DNA of 64,000 bases, from the NCBI GenBank assembly GCA_951406725.2, contig OX597842.1, positions 34,038,001 to 34,102,000 of the forward strand, given 5' to 3'. Shown one piece after another: positions 1 through 14,073 of this stretch. This DNA is from Octopus vulgaris (Eukaryota). Under the pieces are notes generated by a model. That model saw nothing but the letters and a program-made list of their open reading frames with translations, made no database searches and was not told where the DNA came from. How positions within the stretch are numbered: position 1 is the stretch's first letter; each line of letters begins with the position of its first letter. Both the position numbers and the translations under genes were made by a program.

Positions 1-60
1 TGTTGCTTATTTTGTATATATATATATATTTGTTGTGCAAGATTTTTTATGACCATTCCG

Positions 61-100
<40 letters not shown>

Positions 101-109
101 GTATGTTTG

Positions 110-309
110 TTTGTGTGTCTGTGTTTGTCCCCCACCATTGCTTGACAATTGATGTTGGTGTGTTTACGTCTCCATAACTTAGCACGTCGTCAAAAGAGGC
201 CGAGAGAATATGTACTAGGTTTACAAAGAATAAGCCCTGGTGTCGATTTGCTCGGCAAAAGGCGGTGCTCCAGCATGGCCACAGTTAAATGACTGAAACA
301 AGTAAAGTA
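110..309 (+). mobile_element. SINE family A, 3' half
   Basis: Matches the 3' half of the full copy at 1626-2040 (gtgtttgtcccc...ggcggtgctccagcatggcc...gactgaaacaagtaaa) and starts at a (TATG)n tract. Confidence 0.85.
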
Positions 310-402
310 ATATATATATACATATGAGAGGGAGAGAGATAAGGAAAGCGGGAGAGACAGATAGATAAACAGAAATACATCTGTATAGACAGATAGGGAG
401 AT

Positions 403-1393
403 GATAATAGCTAGCTACCAAGCAGACCATAATAGCTAGCTGCCAAGCAGAAGATAATAGCTAGCTACCAAGCAGACGATAATAGCTATCTGCCAAGCAG
501 ACGATAATAGCTATCTGCCAAGCAGACGATAATAGCTAGCTGCCAAGCAGACGAAAATAGCTAGCTGCCAAGCAGACGATAATAGCTATCTGCCAAGCGG
601 ACGATAATAGCTAGCTGCCAAGCAGACGATAATAGCTATCTGCCAAGCAGACGATAATAGCTAGCTGCCAAGCAGACGATAATAGCTATCTGCCAAGCAG
701 ACGATAATAGCTATCTGCCAAGCAGACGATAATAGCTATCTGCCAAGCAGACGATAATAGCTATCTGCCAAGCAGACGATAATAGCTAGCTGCCAAGCAG
801 ACGATAATAGCTAGCTGCCAAGCAGACGATAATAGCTAGCTGCCAAGCAGACGATAATAGCTAGCTACCAAGCAGACGATAATAGCTATCTGCCAAGCAG
901 ACGATAATAGCTAGCTGCCAAGCAGACGATAATAGCTAGCTGCCAAGCAGACGATAATAGCTATCTGCCAAGCAGACGATAATAGCTAGCTGCCAAGCAG
1001 ACGATAATAGCTAGCTGCCAAGCAGACGATAATAGCTATCTGCCAAGCAGACGATAATAGCTAGCTGCCAAGCAGACGATAATAGCTATCTGCCAAGCAG
1101 ACGATAATAGCTATCTGCCAAGCAGACGATAATAGCTAGCTGCCAAGCAGACGATAATAGCTATCTGCCAAGCAGACGATAATAGCTAGCTGCCAAGCAG
1201 ACGATAATAGCTATCTGCCAAGCAGACGATAATAGCTAGCTGCCAAGCAGACGATAATAGCTATCTGCCAAGCAGACGATAATAGCTAGCTGCCAAGCAG
1301 ACGATAATAGCTATCTGCCAAGCAGACGATAATAGCTATCTGCCAAGCAGACAATAATAGCTAGCTGCCAAGCAGACGATAATAGCAAGCTGT
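403..1393. repeat. 25-bp minisatellite, about 40 copies (GATAATAGCTAKCTGCCAAGCAGAC)
   Basis: 25-bp periodicity read directly. Copies differ mainly at one G/T position. Confidence 0.97.
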
Positions 1394-1568
1394 CAAGCTG
1401 GCTGGATAAACAGACAGGTAGACAGACATAAATCACACAGATAACCAAGCAAACGAACTGACAGATAGAAAAATAGAAGGGGAGAGAGAAACGCAGTTGT
1501 ATAGATAGATAAGCAGAGGATGAGAGAGAAAGAGTGAGATAGAGAGAGAGACAGAGAGACAGAGAGAC

Positions 1569-1603
<35 letters not shown>

Positions 1604-1625
1604 AACACTTAGGGGCTTCTCGTCT

Positions 1626-2040
1626 GCAGGAGTGGCTGTGTGGTAAGTAGCTTGCTAACCAGCCACATGGTTCCGGGTTCAGTCCCACTGCGTGGCACCT
1701 TGGGCAAGTGTCTTCTGCTATAGCCCCGGGCCGACCAATGCCTTGTGAGTGGATTTGGTAGACGGAAACTGAAAGAAACCTGTCATATATATGTATGTAT
1801 ATATGTGTGTGTGTGTATGTGTTTGTGTGTCTGTGTTTGTCCCCCTAGCATTGCTTGACAACCGATGCTGGTGTGTTTACGTCCCCGTCACTTAGCGGTT
1901 CGGCAAAAGAGACGATAGAATAAGTACTGGACTTACAAAGAATAAGTCCCGGGATCGATTTGCTCGACTAAAGGCGGTGCTCCAGCATGGCAGCAGTCAA
2001 ATGACTGAAATAAGTAAAAGAGTAAAAGAGAGTAAAGAGT
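1626..2040 (+). mobile_element. tRNA-derived SINE family A, near full length
   Basis: Pol III A-box-like TGGCTGTGTGG and B-box-like GGTTCAGTCCC, internal (TA/TG)n tract, 3' stem-loop CAGTC-AAAT-GACTG and (AGTAAA(A)G)n tail. About 18 related copies or fragments lie in the window. Confidence 0.92.
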
Positions 2041-2179
2041 TACGTTATGAGTTCAAATTCCACCGTAGGCCTGAAATGTAAAAGACTTTCTCACCTTCCC
2101 GACCGTCAAATTAATACACCTGCTTGTTGTTTATACACCTGTCTTCGTCTTTTGTTTTTCTGGAAATTTCGACTATATA

Positions 2180-2485
2180 TTTCGCTTTTGGAATTGGTTT
2201 GCAAGAAACTCTATGTGAGTTCGTGTGTTGAAGCATATTCTGTTGTGTCTGGGGAGAGTCGTTTTCTTTTTGTGTCTTATAATTTAACACACTCACCGGT
2301 AAAATTTCCATTTATTTCTTATTTTTATTTTCCTAAAATTTTCGTTGCGTCTTGCAACCTTTTCAATAGTCTTGACTCTGTCCGTTATTATAAATAATAT
2401 AAATAACGGGCAGAGTCAAGACTCTTGAAAAGGTTGCAAGACGCAACGAAAATTTTAGGAAAATAAAAATAAGAAATAAATGGAA

Positions 2486-2487
<2 letters not shown>
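2180..2487. mobile_element. Penelope-like/retrozyme-like fragment with head-to-head inverted arms (2304-2389 / 2402-2487)
   Basis: 86-bp arms with 2 mismatches and a 12-nt loop. The fragment abuts TATATAT on the left and (GATA)n on the right, and each arm holds an HHR-like motif. Confidence 0.7.
2333..2369 (-). ncRNA. Minimal type I hammerhead-like motif, U3-A8 core variant (second copy on + at 2422-2458)
   Basis: Minus strand: cta-TTGAAAA-g-gttgc-aagac-gcaac-GAAA-at-TT-tag. Stem I is 3 bp, stem II is 5 bp, and the stem III region is palindromic (AAATTT). Confidence 0.6.
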
Positions 2488-2574
<87 letters not shown>

Positions 2575-2617
2575 TAGATAGATTGATAGGTAGATAGATA
2601 GATATTGATAGATAGAT

Positions 2618-2750
2618 ATGTTTCTTTATTAGCCACACAGGGCTGCACACAGACAGGACAAATTACAAGGTAGAGCTTTTCTTTGGGGGGTAAGAAAAGG
2701 GGGTTTGGTTTTCGATCAAAAGGGATCGTAAAGGGAAAGAAAGAGGACAT
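2618..2750 (-). mobile_element. Probable non-LTR retroelement 3' end inserted in (GATA)n
   Basis: Unique segment between two (GATA)n runs. The minus strand ends ...GCTAATAAAGAAACAT directly before the microsatellite. Family not assigned. Confidence 0.4.
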
Positions 2751-2765
2751 AGATAGATAAATAGG

Positions 2766-2906
<141 letters not shown>

Positions 2907-3283
2907 CTTGAAACAGTTCTACAACAGGCCCAGTTAGGCACAGATAATCAAACAGAATACAAACAGATAGACAGCTACAGAAGCAGAGAGAAAGAGAGAG
3001 AAAGAGAGAGACAGACAGACAGACAGAGCGATACAGAGGCAGATAGAGAGACGAGGCGGAGAGCGAGATCTGGAGAGGTTGAGCCAGGCAAGATAGGTAA
3101 ACTCCCAAACAACAAGATCTTTTAAACCGATCCAACTGCGCGTAGTGAGGCGAAAAATTGTAAAAGCTGCTTAGTTTAAAACAAGATTTTGCAGCATCTT
3201 TCATCCCGTGTCATGCCATGTCAACATCAAAGCCGGTTCGAGGTACGTCACGGCTCTCCATGCTACTCTTGTCTATATATACA

Positions 3284-3335
<52 letters not shown>

Positions 3336-3476
3336 TTGTGGGGGTGTATAGGGTGTGGTTGTGTGTGTGTATGGAAATGGATGGTTTTGTCTGTATATGT
3401 GTGAATGGATGTGTGTGGATGCGTGTACCTTAGTACATATTTGCATGTGTAAATATATGCATGTGTATATATATGC

Positions 3477-3512
<36 letters not shown>

Positions 3513-3589
3513 GAAAAAAAATGAGATTGCTTAAAGGGTTACGGAACACTATAATTTATATATATGGATGTATAATATATATATATATA

Positions 3590-3650
<61 letters not shown>

Positions 3651-3903
3651 GTGTGTTTATATATATCTATATATATATATAGACATTGATATAGTTGTAT
3701 TAAACTAAATGTACATAAATATGTTTATAAAAGAATTAATGCATATATATTTGTGTATATAGGTAGGTATATAATTATATAGATGGACAGACAGACAGAC
3801 TGATAGATATATAGATACGTAGATACACAGACTGGATACACAGCTAGACAGACATGCAAACAAACAGCTATATACATATATATATACACATATATATATA
3901 CAC

Positions 3904-3970
<67 letters not shown>

Positions 3971-4045
3971 GAGAGAGAGAGAGAGAGCGGTAGAGAGATA
4001 TAAAGATAAATCGATAGATTGATAAATAAATAGATATATAGATTA

Positions 4046-4077
<32 letters not shown>

Positions 4078-4082
4078 GTAGA

Positions 4083-4117
<35 letters not shown>

Positions 4118-4193
4118 GTAAGTTCTTATCTTTAAAAAAATAGGGATATTATTAACCCCATCAAAGACAAATTTTTTCTTGCTATCCATATAA

Positions 4194-4231
<38 letters not shown>

Positions 4232-4457
4232 CGCAGTGAATATATGGACATATATATGTATATATTTCTTCTGTAGTCAATTCCTGGAATGTATATATAT
4301 ATACATAAATATGTATATATATATATGGCTGGGTCTTATCCTCTTTCCGTCTTTCCCAACCGCAGTATTTAGAGATAATCAGATTGTTAAAATAATTCTT
4401 ACGACTCTCTGACAGGGACAACCGGAATTTTTCCTTCTGGTTTTTTTTTTCCGGGGG

Positions 4458-4506
<49 letters not shown>

Positions 4507-4537
4507 AATACTCTCATACGCAATTGGCTTGTACTTG

Positions 4538-4565
<28 letters not shown>

Positions 4566-4572
<7 letters not shown>

Positions 4573-4987
4573 ACTCTTTTACTTGTTTCAGTCATTTTGA
4601 CTGCGGCCATGCTGGAGCACCGCCTTTAGTCGAGCAAATCGACGCCGGAACTTATTCTTTTTGTAAGTCCAGTACTTATTCTATCGGTCCCTTTTTTGCC
4701 GAACCGCTAAGTGACGGGGACGTAAACACACCAGCATCGGTTGTCAAGCAATGCTAGAGGGACAAACACAGACGCACAAACATATACACATACATTATAT
4801 ATATATATATATATATATATATACGACGGGCTTCTTTCAGTTTCCGTCTACCAAATCCACTCACAAGGCTTTGGTCGGCCCGGGGCTATAGCAGAAGACA
4901 CTTGCCCAAGATGCCACGCAGTGGGACTGAACCCGGAACCATGTGGTCGGTAAGCAAGCTACTTACCACACAGCCACTCCTGCGCCT
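4566..4987 (-). mobile_element. SINE family A, full length
   Basis: Reverse complement of 1626-2040, including head (…ccactcctgcgcct) and tail (ctcttttactcttttacttgtttcagtc). Confidence 0.93.
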
Positions 4988-4997
4988 ATACATATAT

Positions 4998-5205
4998 ATT
5001 TACTCTTTTACTCGTTTCAGATATTTGACTGCGGCCATACTGGAGCGCTGCCTTGAAGACATCTAGTCGAACAAATCGACCCCAGGACCTGGCTTTTAAG
5101 CCTTGTACTTATTCTATCAGACACTTTTTGCTGAACTGCTAATTCACTGGGACAAAAACACACCTACACCGGTTGTCAAACGATGATGGTAGACAAAACA
5201 CATAT
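4998..5205 (-). mobile_element. SINE family A, diverged 3' half
   Basis: tttactcttttactcgtttcag...gactgcggccatactggagc...cggttgtcaa. Confidence 0.8.
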
Positions 5206-5349
5206 ACAAAGTAACACAGTATGTATATATACATATATTTATATATATATTTATATATATAGATAGCTATATATACATATATATGCGTGTGTATATATAT
5301 ATATATATATACATATATGCATATATGTGTGTGTGTGTATGTGTGTGTG

Positions 5350-5431
<82 letters not shown>

Positions 5432-5432
<1 letters not shown>

Positions 5433-5602
5433 TTGTCCCACCCCAACATCGCTTGATAACCGATGCTGGATTGTTCGGCAAACAGAGACCAATTGAATAA
5501 GTACTGGGCTTACAAAGAATAAGTCCTGTGGTCGATTTGCTCGACTAATAGGCTGTGCTCCAGCATGGCCGCAGTCAAATGACAGAAACAAGTAAGAGTA
5601 AA
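5432..5602 (+). mobile_element. SINE family A, 3' half
   Basis: gcttgataaccgatgctgg...ccagcatggccgcagtcaaatgacagaaacaagtaag, following (TG)n. Confidence 0.85.
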
Positions 5603-5680
5603 GCACCAGCACAATGATTTATCTTTGATTTTAATCATTCACGTATTCGATGACCACATAGGAGTCTCTTCTCTCTCTTA

Positions 5681-7056
5681 GCACTCCGTCAGTTACGACG
5701 ATGAGCGTTCCGGTTGATCCGAATCAACGGAACAGCCTGCTCGTGAAATTAACGTGTAAGTGGCTGAGCACTCCACAGACACGTGCACCCTTAACGTAGT
5801 TCTCGGGGATATTCAGCGTGACACAGAGAGTGACAAGGCCGGCCCCTTAAAATACAGGTACAACAGAAACAGGAAGTAAGAGTGAGAGAAAGTTGTGGTG
5901 AAAGAGTACAGCAGGGATCACCACCACCCCCTGCCGGAGCCTCGTGGAGCCTTTAGGTGTTTTCGCTCAATAAACACTCACAACGCCCGGTCTGGGAATC
6001 GAAACCGCGATCCTATGACCGCAAGTCCGCTGCCATCTTTGGAAGCACTCCGTCGGTTACGACGACGAGGGTTCCGGTTGATCCGACCAACGGAACAGCC
6101 TGCTCGTGAAATTAACATGTAAGTGGCTGAGCACGCCACAGACACGTGCACCCTTAACGTAGTTCTCGGGGATATTCAGCGTGACACAGAGAGTGACAAG
6201 GCCGGCCCCTTAAAATACAGGTACAATAGAAACAGGAAGTAAGTGTGAGAGAAAGTTGTGGTGAAAGAGTACAGCAGAGATCACCACCATCCCCTGCTGG
6301 GGCCTCGTGGAGCCTTTAGGTGTTTTTCGCTCAATAAACACTCACAACGCCCGGTCTGGGAATCGAAACCGCGATCCTATGACCGCGAGTCCGCTGCCAT
6401 TTTTGGAAGCACTCCGTCGGTTACGACGACGAGGGTTCCGGTTGATCCGAATCAACGGAACAGCCTGCTCGTGAAATTAACGTGTAAGTGGCTGAGCACT
6501 CCACAGACACGTGCACCCTTAACGTAGTTCTCGGGGATATTCAGCGTGACACAGAGAGTGACAAGGCCGGCCCTTTGAAATACAGGTACAATAGAAACAG
6601 GAAGTAAGTGTGAGAGAAAGTTGTGGTGAAAGAGTACAGCAGGGATCACCACCACCCCCTGCTGGGGCCGCGTGGAGCCTTTAGGTGTTTTTCGCTCAAT
6701 AAACACTCACAACGCCCGGTCTGGGAATCGAAACCGCGATCCTATGACCGCAAGTCCGCTGCCATTTTTGGAAGCACTCCGTCGGTTACGACGACGAGGG
6801 TTCCGGTTGATCCGACCAACGGAACAGCCTGCTCGTGAAATTAACATGTAAGTGGCTGAGCACGCCACAGACACGTGCACCCTTAAGTTGTGGTGAAAGA
6901 GTACAGCAGGGATCACCACCACCCCCTGCCGGAGCCTCGTGGAGCCTTTAGGTGTTTTCGCTCAATAAACACTCACAACGCCCGGTCTGGGAATCGAAAC
7001 CGCGATCCTACGACCGCGAGTCCGCTGCCCTAACCACTGGGCCATTGCGCCTCCAC
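5681..7056 (-). mobile_element. Tandem tetramer of tRNA-derived SINE family C (about 364-bp unit)
   Basis: Units start at 5681, 6045, 6409 and 6774. The minus-strand head GGCGCAATGGCCCAGTGGTTAG...GGTTTCGATTCCC (A and B boxes) is complete only at the 7056 end. The unit at 6774 has an internal deletion near 6886. Confidence 0.9.
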
Positions 7057-7314
7057 CCATATAGAAGTACGTAAGTCAACTCAAGAAATCTCTAGTGAGA
7101 GGTTTTATTGATGTACCCGAAGAGACCCAGAACGGGTATATGCTGAAGTATTGCGAATTTCAGGGCCCTTCTCCTGGGAAAGTAAAAAGCCGGTGTTGTA
7201 CGAAGGCGGTAAAATATTCACCCAACGGACTCCTAGAGACTCGAAGTAAAGAGAGATTTGGCTGTAGTTTCTAGCATGTTTGGTAACAATAAACAAGATC
7301 CCTGAAGACGACGG

Positions 7315-8165
7315 TGATGACGATTATGATGATGATGATGATGATGATGATGACATTGGTGATGGCAATGATGAGGACGGGGAGGAGGAAGGGGAAGAGG
7401 AGAGGGTGGACAACGACTCTGACGAATTCGATGCTGATTATTAATGATAAAGACGATGATGATGATTGGTGAAAATGATGACGATGATGATCGCAATGAT
7501 GAGGATGATGATGGTGGTGGTTGTGGTGGTGGTGGTGGTGGTGGTGGTAGTGGTAGTGGTGGTAGTGGGAGTGGTGGTGGTGGTTGTGGTGGTGGAGATG
7601 ATGATGATGATGATGACGATGATGATGATGACGATGATGATGATAGTGATGGTGATGATGATGACGATGATGACGATGATGATGATGGTGATGGTGATGG
7701 TGATGACGATGATGATGATAATGGTGATGACGACGACGACGACGATGATGATGATGACGATGATGATGATGATGACGATGATGACGATGATGCTGCTGCT
7801 GCTGCTGCTAATGATGATGAAGATGGTAACGATGATGATGATGATAATGATGATGTGAGGGTGATGTTGATGATGATGATGATGATGATGACGATGATGA
7901 AGAAGAAGAAGAAGAAGAAGATGATGATGATGATGATGATTATGATGATGACGATGATGAAGAAGAAGAAGAAGAAGATGATGATGATGATGTTGATGAT
8001 GATGATGATGATGATGACGATGATGAAGAAGAAGAAGAAGAAGATGATGATGATGATGATGATGATGACGATGATGAAGAAGAAGAAGAAGATGATGATG
8101 ATGATGTTGATGATGATGATGATGATGATGACGATGATGAAGAAGAAGATGATGATGATGACGAC

Positions 8166-8197
<32 letters not shown>

Positions 8198-9219
8198 CGA
8201 TGACGATGATGAAGAAGAAGAAGAAGAAGAAGATGATGATGATGATGATGACGATGATGACGATGATGATGATGATGATATTAATGATTGTTGCTCTGTA
8301 ATCTCGTTGCTGACGTTACAGTTGCTGTTCTTGCTATTGCCCTTGTTGTTCTTCTTGTTGTTGTTCTTCTTGTTGTTGTTGTTATTGTCTTCGCCGTTTT
8401 CCTTCTCTGTTAATTAACAATATTTCAAAAATTGAAAATTCTCTTCCGCGTCAATGGCCAACAACGTCAACAACAACAACAACGAGAAGAACAACAACGA
8501 TATCAAGAAGAGAAATATTGAATATTACAAAATATCGAGATATCTCTTAGGGTGAGGGCGGTGGGGGAGGTGGTGGTGGTGGTTGTATGGTGGTAATGGT
8601 GGTAGTGGTGGAGGTGGTGCTGGTACTGGTGCTGGTGCTGGTGGTTGTGGTGGTGGTGGTGGTGGTGGTGGTGGTGGTGGTGGTGGTGGTGTCGATGGTT
8701 GTGGTGCTCGCGGTGACAGCGATGGGGGTGGTTGTATGGTGGTAGTGGTGGTGGTGGTAATGGTGGTGGTGGTAATGGTGGTAGTGGTGGTGATGGTAGT
8801 GGTGATGGTGGAGGTGGTGGTGATGGTGGTGGAGGTGATGGTGGTGACGGTGGTGGTGGTGGAGGTGGTAGTGATGGTGGTAGTGGCGGTGGTAGTGGTG
8901 GTGGTGGTGATGGTAGTTAGTGGTGATGGTGGAGGTGGTGCTGGTGGAGGTGGTGGTGCTGGTTGAGGTGGTGGTGGTGGTGGTGATGGTGGAGGTGGTG
9001 GTGGTGGTGGTGGTGGAGGTGGTGGTGGTGGTGGTGGTGGTGGAGGTGGTAGTGATGGTGGTAGTGGTGGTGGTGGCGGTGGTGGATGTGGTGGTCGTAG
9101 TGGTGGGGTGGCAGTGACAGTGATGGTGGTTGTTGTATGGCGGTAGTTGGGGGCTGGGGTGTCGGTGAGAGTGGTGGTGTTGGCGGTTGTAGTGGTAGTG
9201 GATGTCATTGTGCTGACGA

Positions 9220-9286
<67 letters not shown>

Positions 9287-9700
9287 TTTTGCAGTGACGG
9301 TAGAGGTTGCAGTATAAGTGGTGATTTTGGTGCAGGTAATGACAGTGGTAATGATAGAGGAGACAGCAGTTTGTTAGTAGTGTTGAAGTTGCGGTGGTAG
9401 TTGCAGCTGCAGCAGTGTGGAGATGAACGTGGTACGGGTGGTGGTATAGTTGGTGGTTGTTGTGTTGTTGTTACAGGTGGAGGTGGCGGTGGTACATGTG
9501 GCAGTGGCGCGGGTGGGTTGTTGTGTTGGTGCAGGTGGCGATGCTAGTGTTGTGGTGGCGGTGGTAGAGTTGTGGTGGTGATGGTAAGAGTGGTGGCGAT
9601 GGTGTTTGTGGTGGTGGTGGTGGTGGTGGCGGCGGCGGCGGAGGTGGTGGTGGTGGTGGTGGTGGTGGTGGTGGTGGTGGTGGTGGTGGTGGTGGTGGTG
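7315..9700. repeat. Compound trinucleotide microsatellite field: (GAT)n, (GGT)n, (GAA)n, (AGT)n
   Basis: Read directly. Source of the poly-D/M/G/V/P ORFs in the track. Confidence 0.95.
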
Positions 9701-9795
9701 ATGTCCCTTAACTCACGAGAGTCCCCGAAGCGGATTTTAAAGATACTGATTTGTTAAAAATTCTGTCCATACGCAAAATATCACACACACACACA

Positions 9796-10200
9796 CAGTG
9801 TAATTAAGGTCTTAAACTCGTGATCATAAGATAGAGGTTTCGATTCCTGGACAGGGAAATACAAAACTCATCATTTTATGTTGCTCAAGTCCCACTCAAC
9901 CAGGTAAAAATGATTAATCCTGCAACAAACAGGGCATCCTGTACTGTGGGGAATTACATGCCCAAAGGAAATGGGAAACTGACCCTGGGAGGCTATATGA
10001 CCCTGAAATATTTCTCATCTTTTTAGTGAAGCGCATGGTTTTGTGGTTAGCATGCTGGACTCATGGTCATAAGCTTCTGGTTTCGAATACCTGTGTTCTT
10101 GAGCAAAGCGTTTCACCTAAATGTTGCCCCAGTCGACTCAGCAATAAAGGGTCCCAGTAATACCTGGAAAGTTAAACCTGTGATAGAAAGGGCATCCACT
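9796..10200 (+). mobile_element. Two old, diverged tRNA-derived SINE remnants (about 9796-9960 and 10026-10200)
   Basis: B-box-like GGTTTCGATTCC and GGTTTCGAATACC, each followed by a ttgc(t/c)c(a/c)agtc..actca core. Heavily diverged. Confidence 0.55.
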
Positions 10201-10292
10201 TGGGAATTTCGTTGGAGCAAAAACGCAACGCGCTGCCTGTGCGGGGAAGCGAAACGACGTCCTTGAGATTGTGAATGATCACTAGGCCACAT

Positions 10293-10349
<57 letters not shown>

Positions 10350-10517
10350 TATATATAGATATATATAGATATCTGTTCCTCTATATACACATACATATAC
10401 ATATATAAATATATACATTCATATATGAATGCATGTATATATGTATGTATGTTTGTATATATGTGTGTGTGTATATGTATGTATGTATGTATGTATGTAT
10501 AAAAGTATGCTTGCATG

Positions 10518-10573
<56 letters not shown>

Positions 10574-10667
10574 CACACAGATATATATATACATATATAT
10601 ATAGACATATATAATATATATATATATATATCCATCATAGGAATATATATGCATATATATATATATG

Positions 10668-10774
<107 letters not shown>

Positions 10775-11317
10775 CACACACATATGAGTGTGTATGCTTG
10801 GCATGAGTGAGGTAACGTTTATTGTACACGCGTGGTCTTCGCGACAGGCGTGTATGTTCCTGTTCATTGATGCAGACAAAAACGTGCAAGCCCATAGCCT
10901 GAGGCCCAGCCGGTCTTATTCTGTTAATATCTTTTTTCTGCGCACGCATATACACACAGATGTATATGCACACATATCCGCATATAGTTATATCAATACC
11001 CGCATCTACGAACACAAATATGTACTTGTGTCAATAAATATATATATACACGTATATATATATGTGTGTGTATGTGTGTTTGAGTGTGTGTATACGCGTA
11101 TATATATATATATATAGACATATAAATATACATATATATATATATGTACATGGGATATATATATGCATGTATATATATATATGTATATATTCACAAGCAC
11201 ATAGACACACACACACGCACACACCTATACACACACACATATATATATATATGAATTCGTATTAGTGTGTATTGTGTAATCATATATCGACATGATTATG
11301 TACACATTTATATAGAC

Positions 11318-11356
<39 letters not shown>

Positions 11357-11522
11357 CAATGAATATACAGATGCATCTATAAACACAGAAATCTATATAT
11401 TTGTATCTATACACACATGCGTATAAATAGATATACATAATTGCACATATGCCTACAAATACACATTTATATTTTACATATATGTACATATATATACACA
11501 TATATATATACATATATACATG

Positions 11523-11580
<58 letters not shown>

Positions 11581-11657
11581 TATACATATATATACATATA
11601 TGTACATATATGTACATATATATACATATATATACTTGGAAAAGGAGGTAAAATAAG

Positions 11658-11695
<38 letters not shown>

Positions 11696-11710
11696 GAGGA
11701 GGAGGAGGAG

Positions 11711-11813
<103 letters not shown>

Positions 11814-11886
11814 ACAAGGGGAGGTAGAAGATTAAGAGAAAACGAAAGAGTAATGGCAGAATATATATATATATATATGTGTGTGA

Positions 11887-11923
<37 letters not shown>

Positions 11924-12398
11924 CATATATACATATATATGAATACACACATGTGAATATTAACACACACACACACACATTTTTATGCAACACCACAAAT
12001 ATTACACACCACTACTACTACTACTACTACCAATACTGCTGGCGGAGTGTCTCGGCGAGCGGAACCCAGAAATTTTTCGTCGAACGCTAAGCGAGACCAA
12101 TTGTGTCACTTCCTTCCAGAACATCCTCGCAGCGGCATACGTCTTATTAAAGTATGATGTCCGCAATTGTTTCGTGGGCACAAAGCGACGACATGCAAAT
12201 GTAATTATTATGGAAATACGTGGACGTTTATGTATTTTGAACGTCGTGTATGGTTTTCGTTTATTTATTTATTTTTATATGGGTTTTGTCATTTATTTTG
12301 CTTTTATTTGGTTACGCAGTATGTGGTTTGGCAAATTTCATTTTTCAGCCAGTCTATGTGTATATGTGGTTGGATGGTTGGATGTATACATACACAAA

Positions 12399-12456
<58 letters not shown>

Positions 12457-12519
12457 CATATACATATATGTATATACGCACACATATATATATATAGATG
12501 TGTGTATAAACAGAGGGAT

Positions 12520-12603
<84 letters not shown>

Positions 12604-12605
12604 TG

Positions 12606-12714
<109 letters not shown>

Positions 12715-12832
12715 TACAAGTGCATGTGTGTGCGTATGTACATATGCATGTATTTATATACATCTGTACATGTGTATGCATATACATTAATACTCGGATA
12801 TTAGGCATATGTATATATATATAGATTGAGAT

Positions 12833-12872
<40 letters not shown>

Positions 12873-13034
12873 ATATATATATATATATGAATGTGTGTAT
12901 ATATATACGCACAAACGCACACACATTCTTAATTACCTGTATCTTAGTTTATTACATTCCCTATTAATATTGATATTATTGATAGTGTTACAAACATTAT
13001 TAACATTATTATTATTATTATTATCATCATCATT

Positions 13035-13262
<228 letters not shown>

Positions 13263-13585
13263 GTCGTCATTATCATCATCATCATCGTCGTCATCACCTC
13301 CATCATTATTCTGATGCGCTCATAGTTCTCAGTGCGACGATGTCGACGAAGGCAATTGCGATGGCTATGATCAGGTCGTTGTTGATGGTGATGACGACGT
13401 AAACGATGACGATGATGTTGATGATGATGGTGATGATGATGGTGATGATATTCATTGTGGCGATGGTGACGATTATGGTGATGGTGATGATGAAAATGAC
13501 GTGGAGGACGGCGATAAAGATGATGTTGATGATGATGATGATGACGTTGATGATGATGATGAGGAGGAGGAGGAGGAGGAGGATT

Positions 13586-13626
<41 letters not shown>

Positions 13627-13929
13627 AATGATGATGATGACAGTGTTGCTGATGATTATAACGATAACGGTGTCTCTGATGAAGGTGACGATGATCGCGA
13701 CCATGATGATGATGACGTGAACGGTGATGGTGATGATGATGATGGTGATGAGGATGGTGGTGGTGGTGGCGGTGACTACGGTGATTTGCGTCCAGCTGTT
13801 TTGTCACGCTTCACTGCTCTTGGTATCCTTTCCGCCGGCTAAAGTACCCCCCGTCGCAACCCACCGCATTCACACTGTCAACATTGGATTCGAGGATATC
13901 CACCTCCCAGACAACCAGCCATGCACACA

Positions 13930-13969
<40 letters not shown>

Positions 13970-14022
13970 TATGTATATTACACATGCAACATATATATAC
14001 CTACATTTACATACAAATTCAT

Positions 14023-14073
<51 letters not shown>

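Noticed and set aside
403-1393. CRISPR-like appearance of the 25-bp array (and of the 121-bp array)
   Set aside because: Units are contiguous with no unique spacers, there are no cas genes, and the context is eukaryotic.
7000-7056. tRNA gene calls for A/B-box sequences
   Set aside because: They are SINE heads with no complete cloverleaf, and they continue into repeat bodies.
7444-8301. 285-aa D/M/K-rich ORF and the many YI/HT/LSIY ORFs elsewhere
   Set aside because: Translations of microsatellites that lack stop codons.
10230-10265. gcGAAACgacGTC half-motif
   Set aside because: No CUGANGA-like box upstream.
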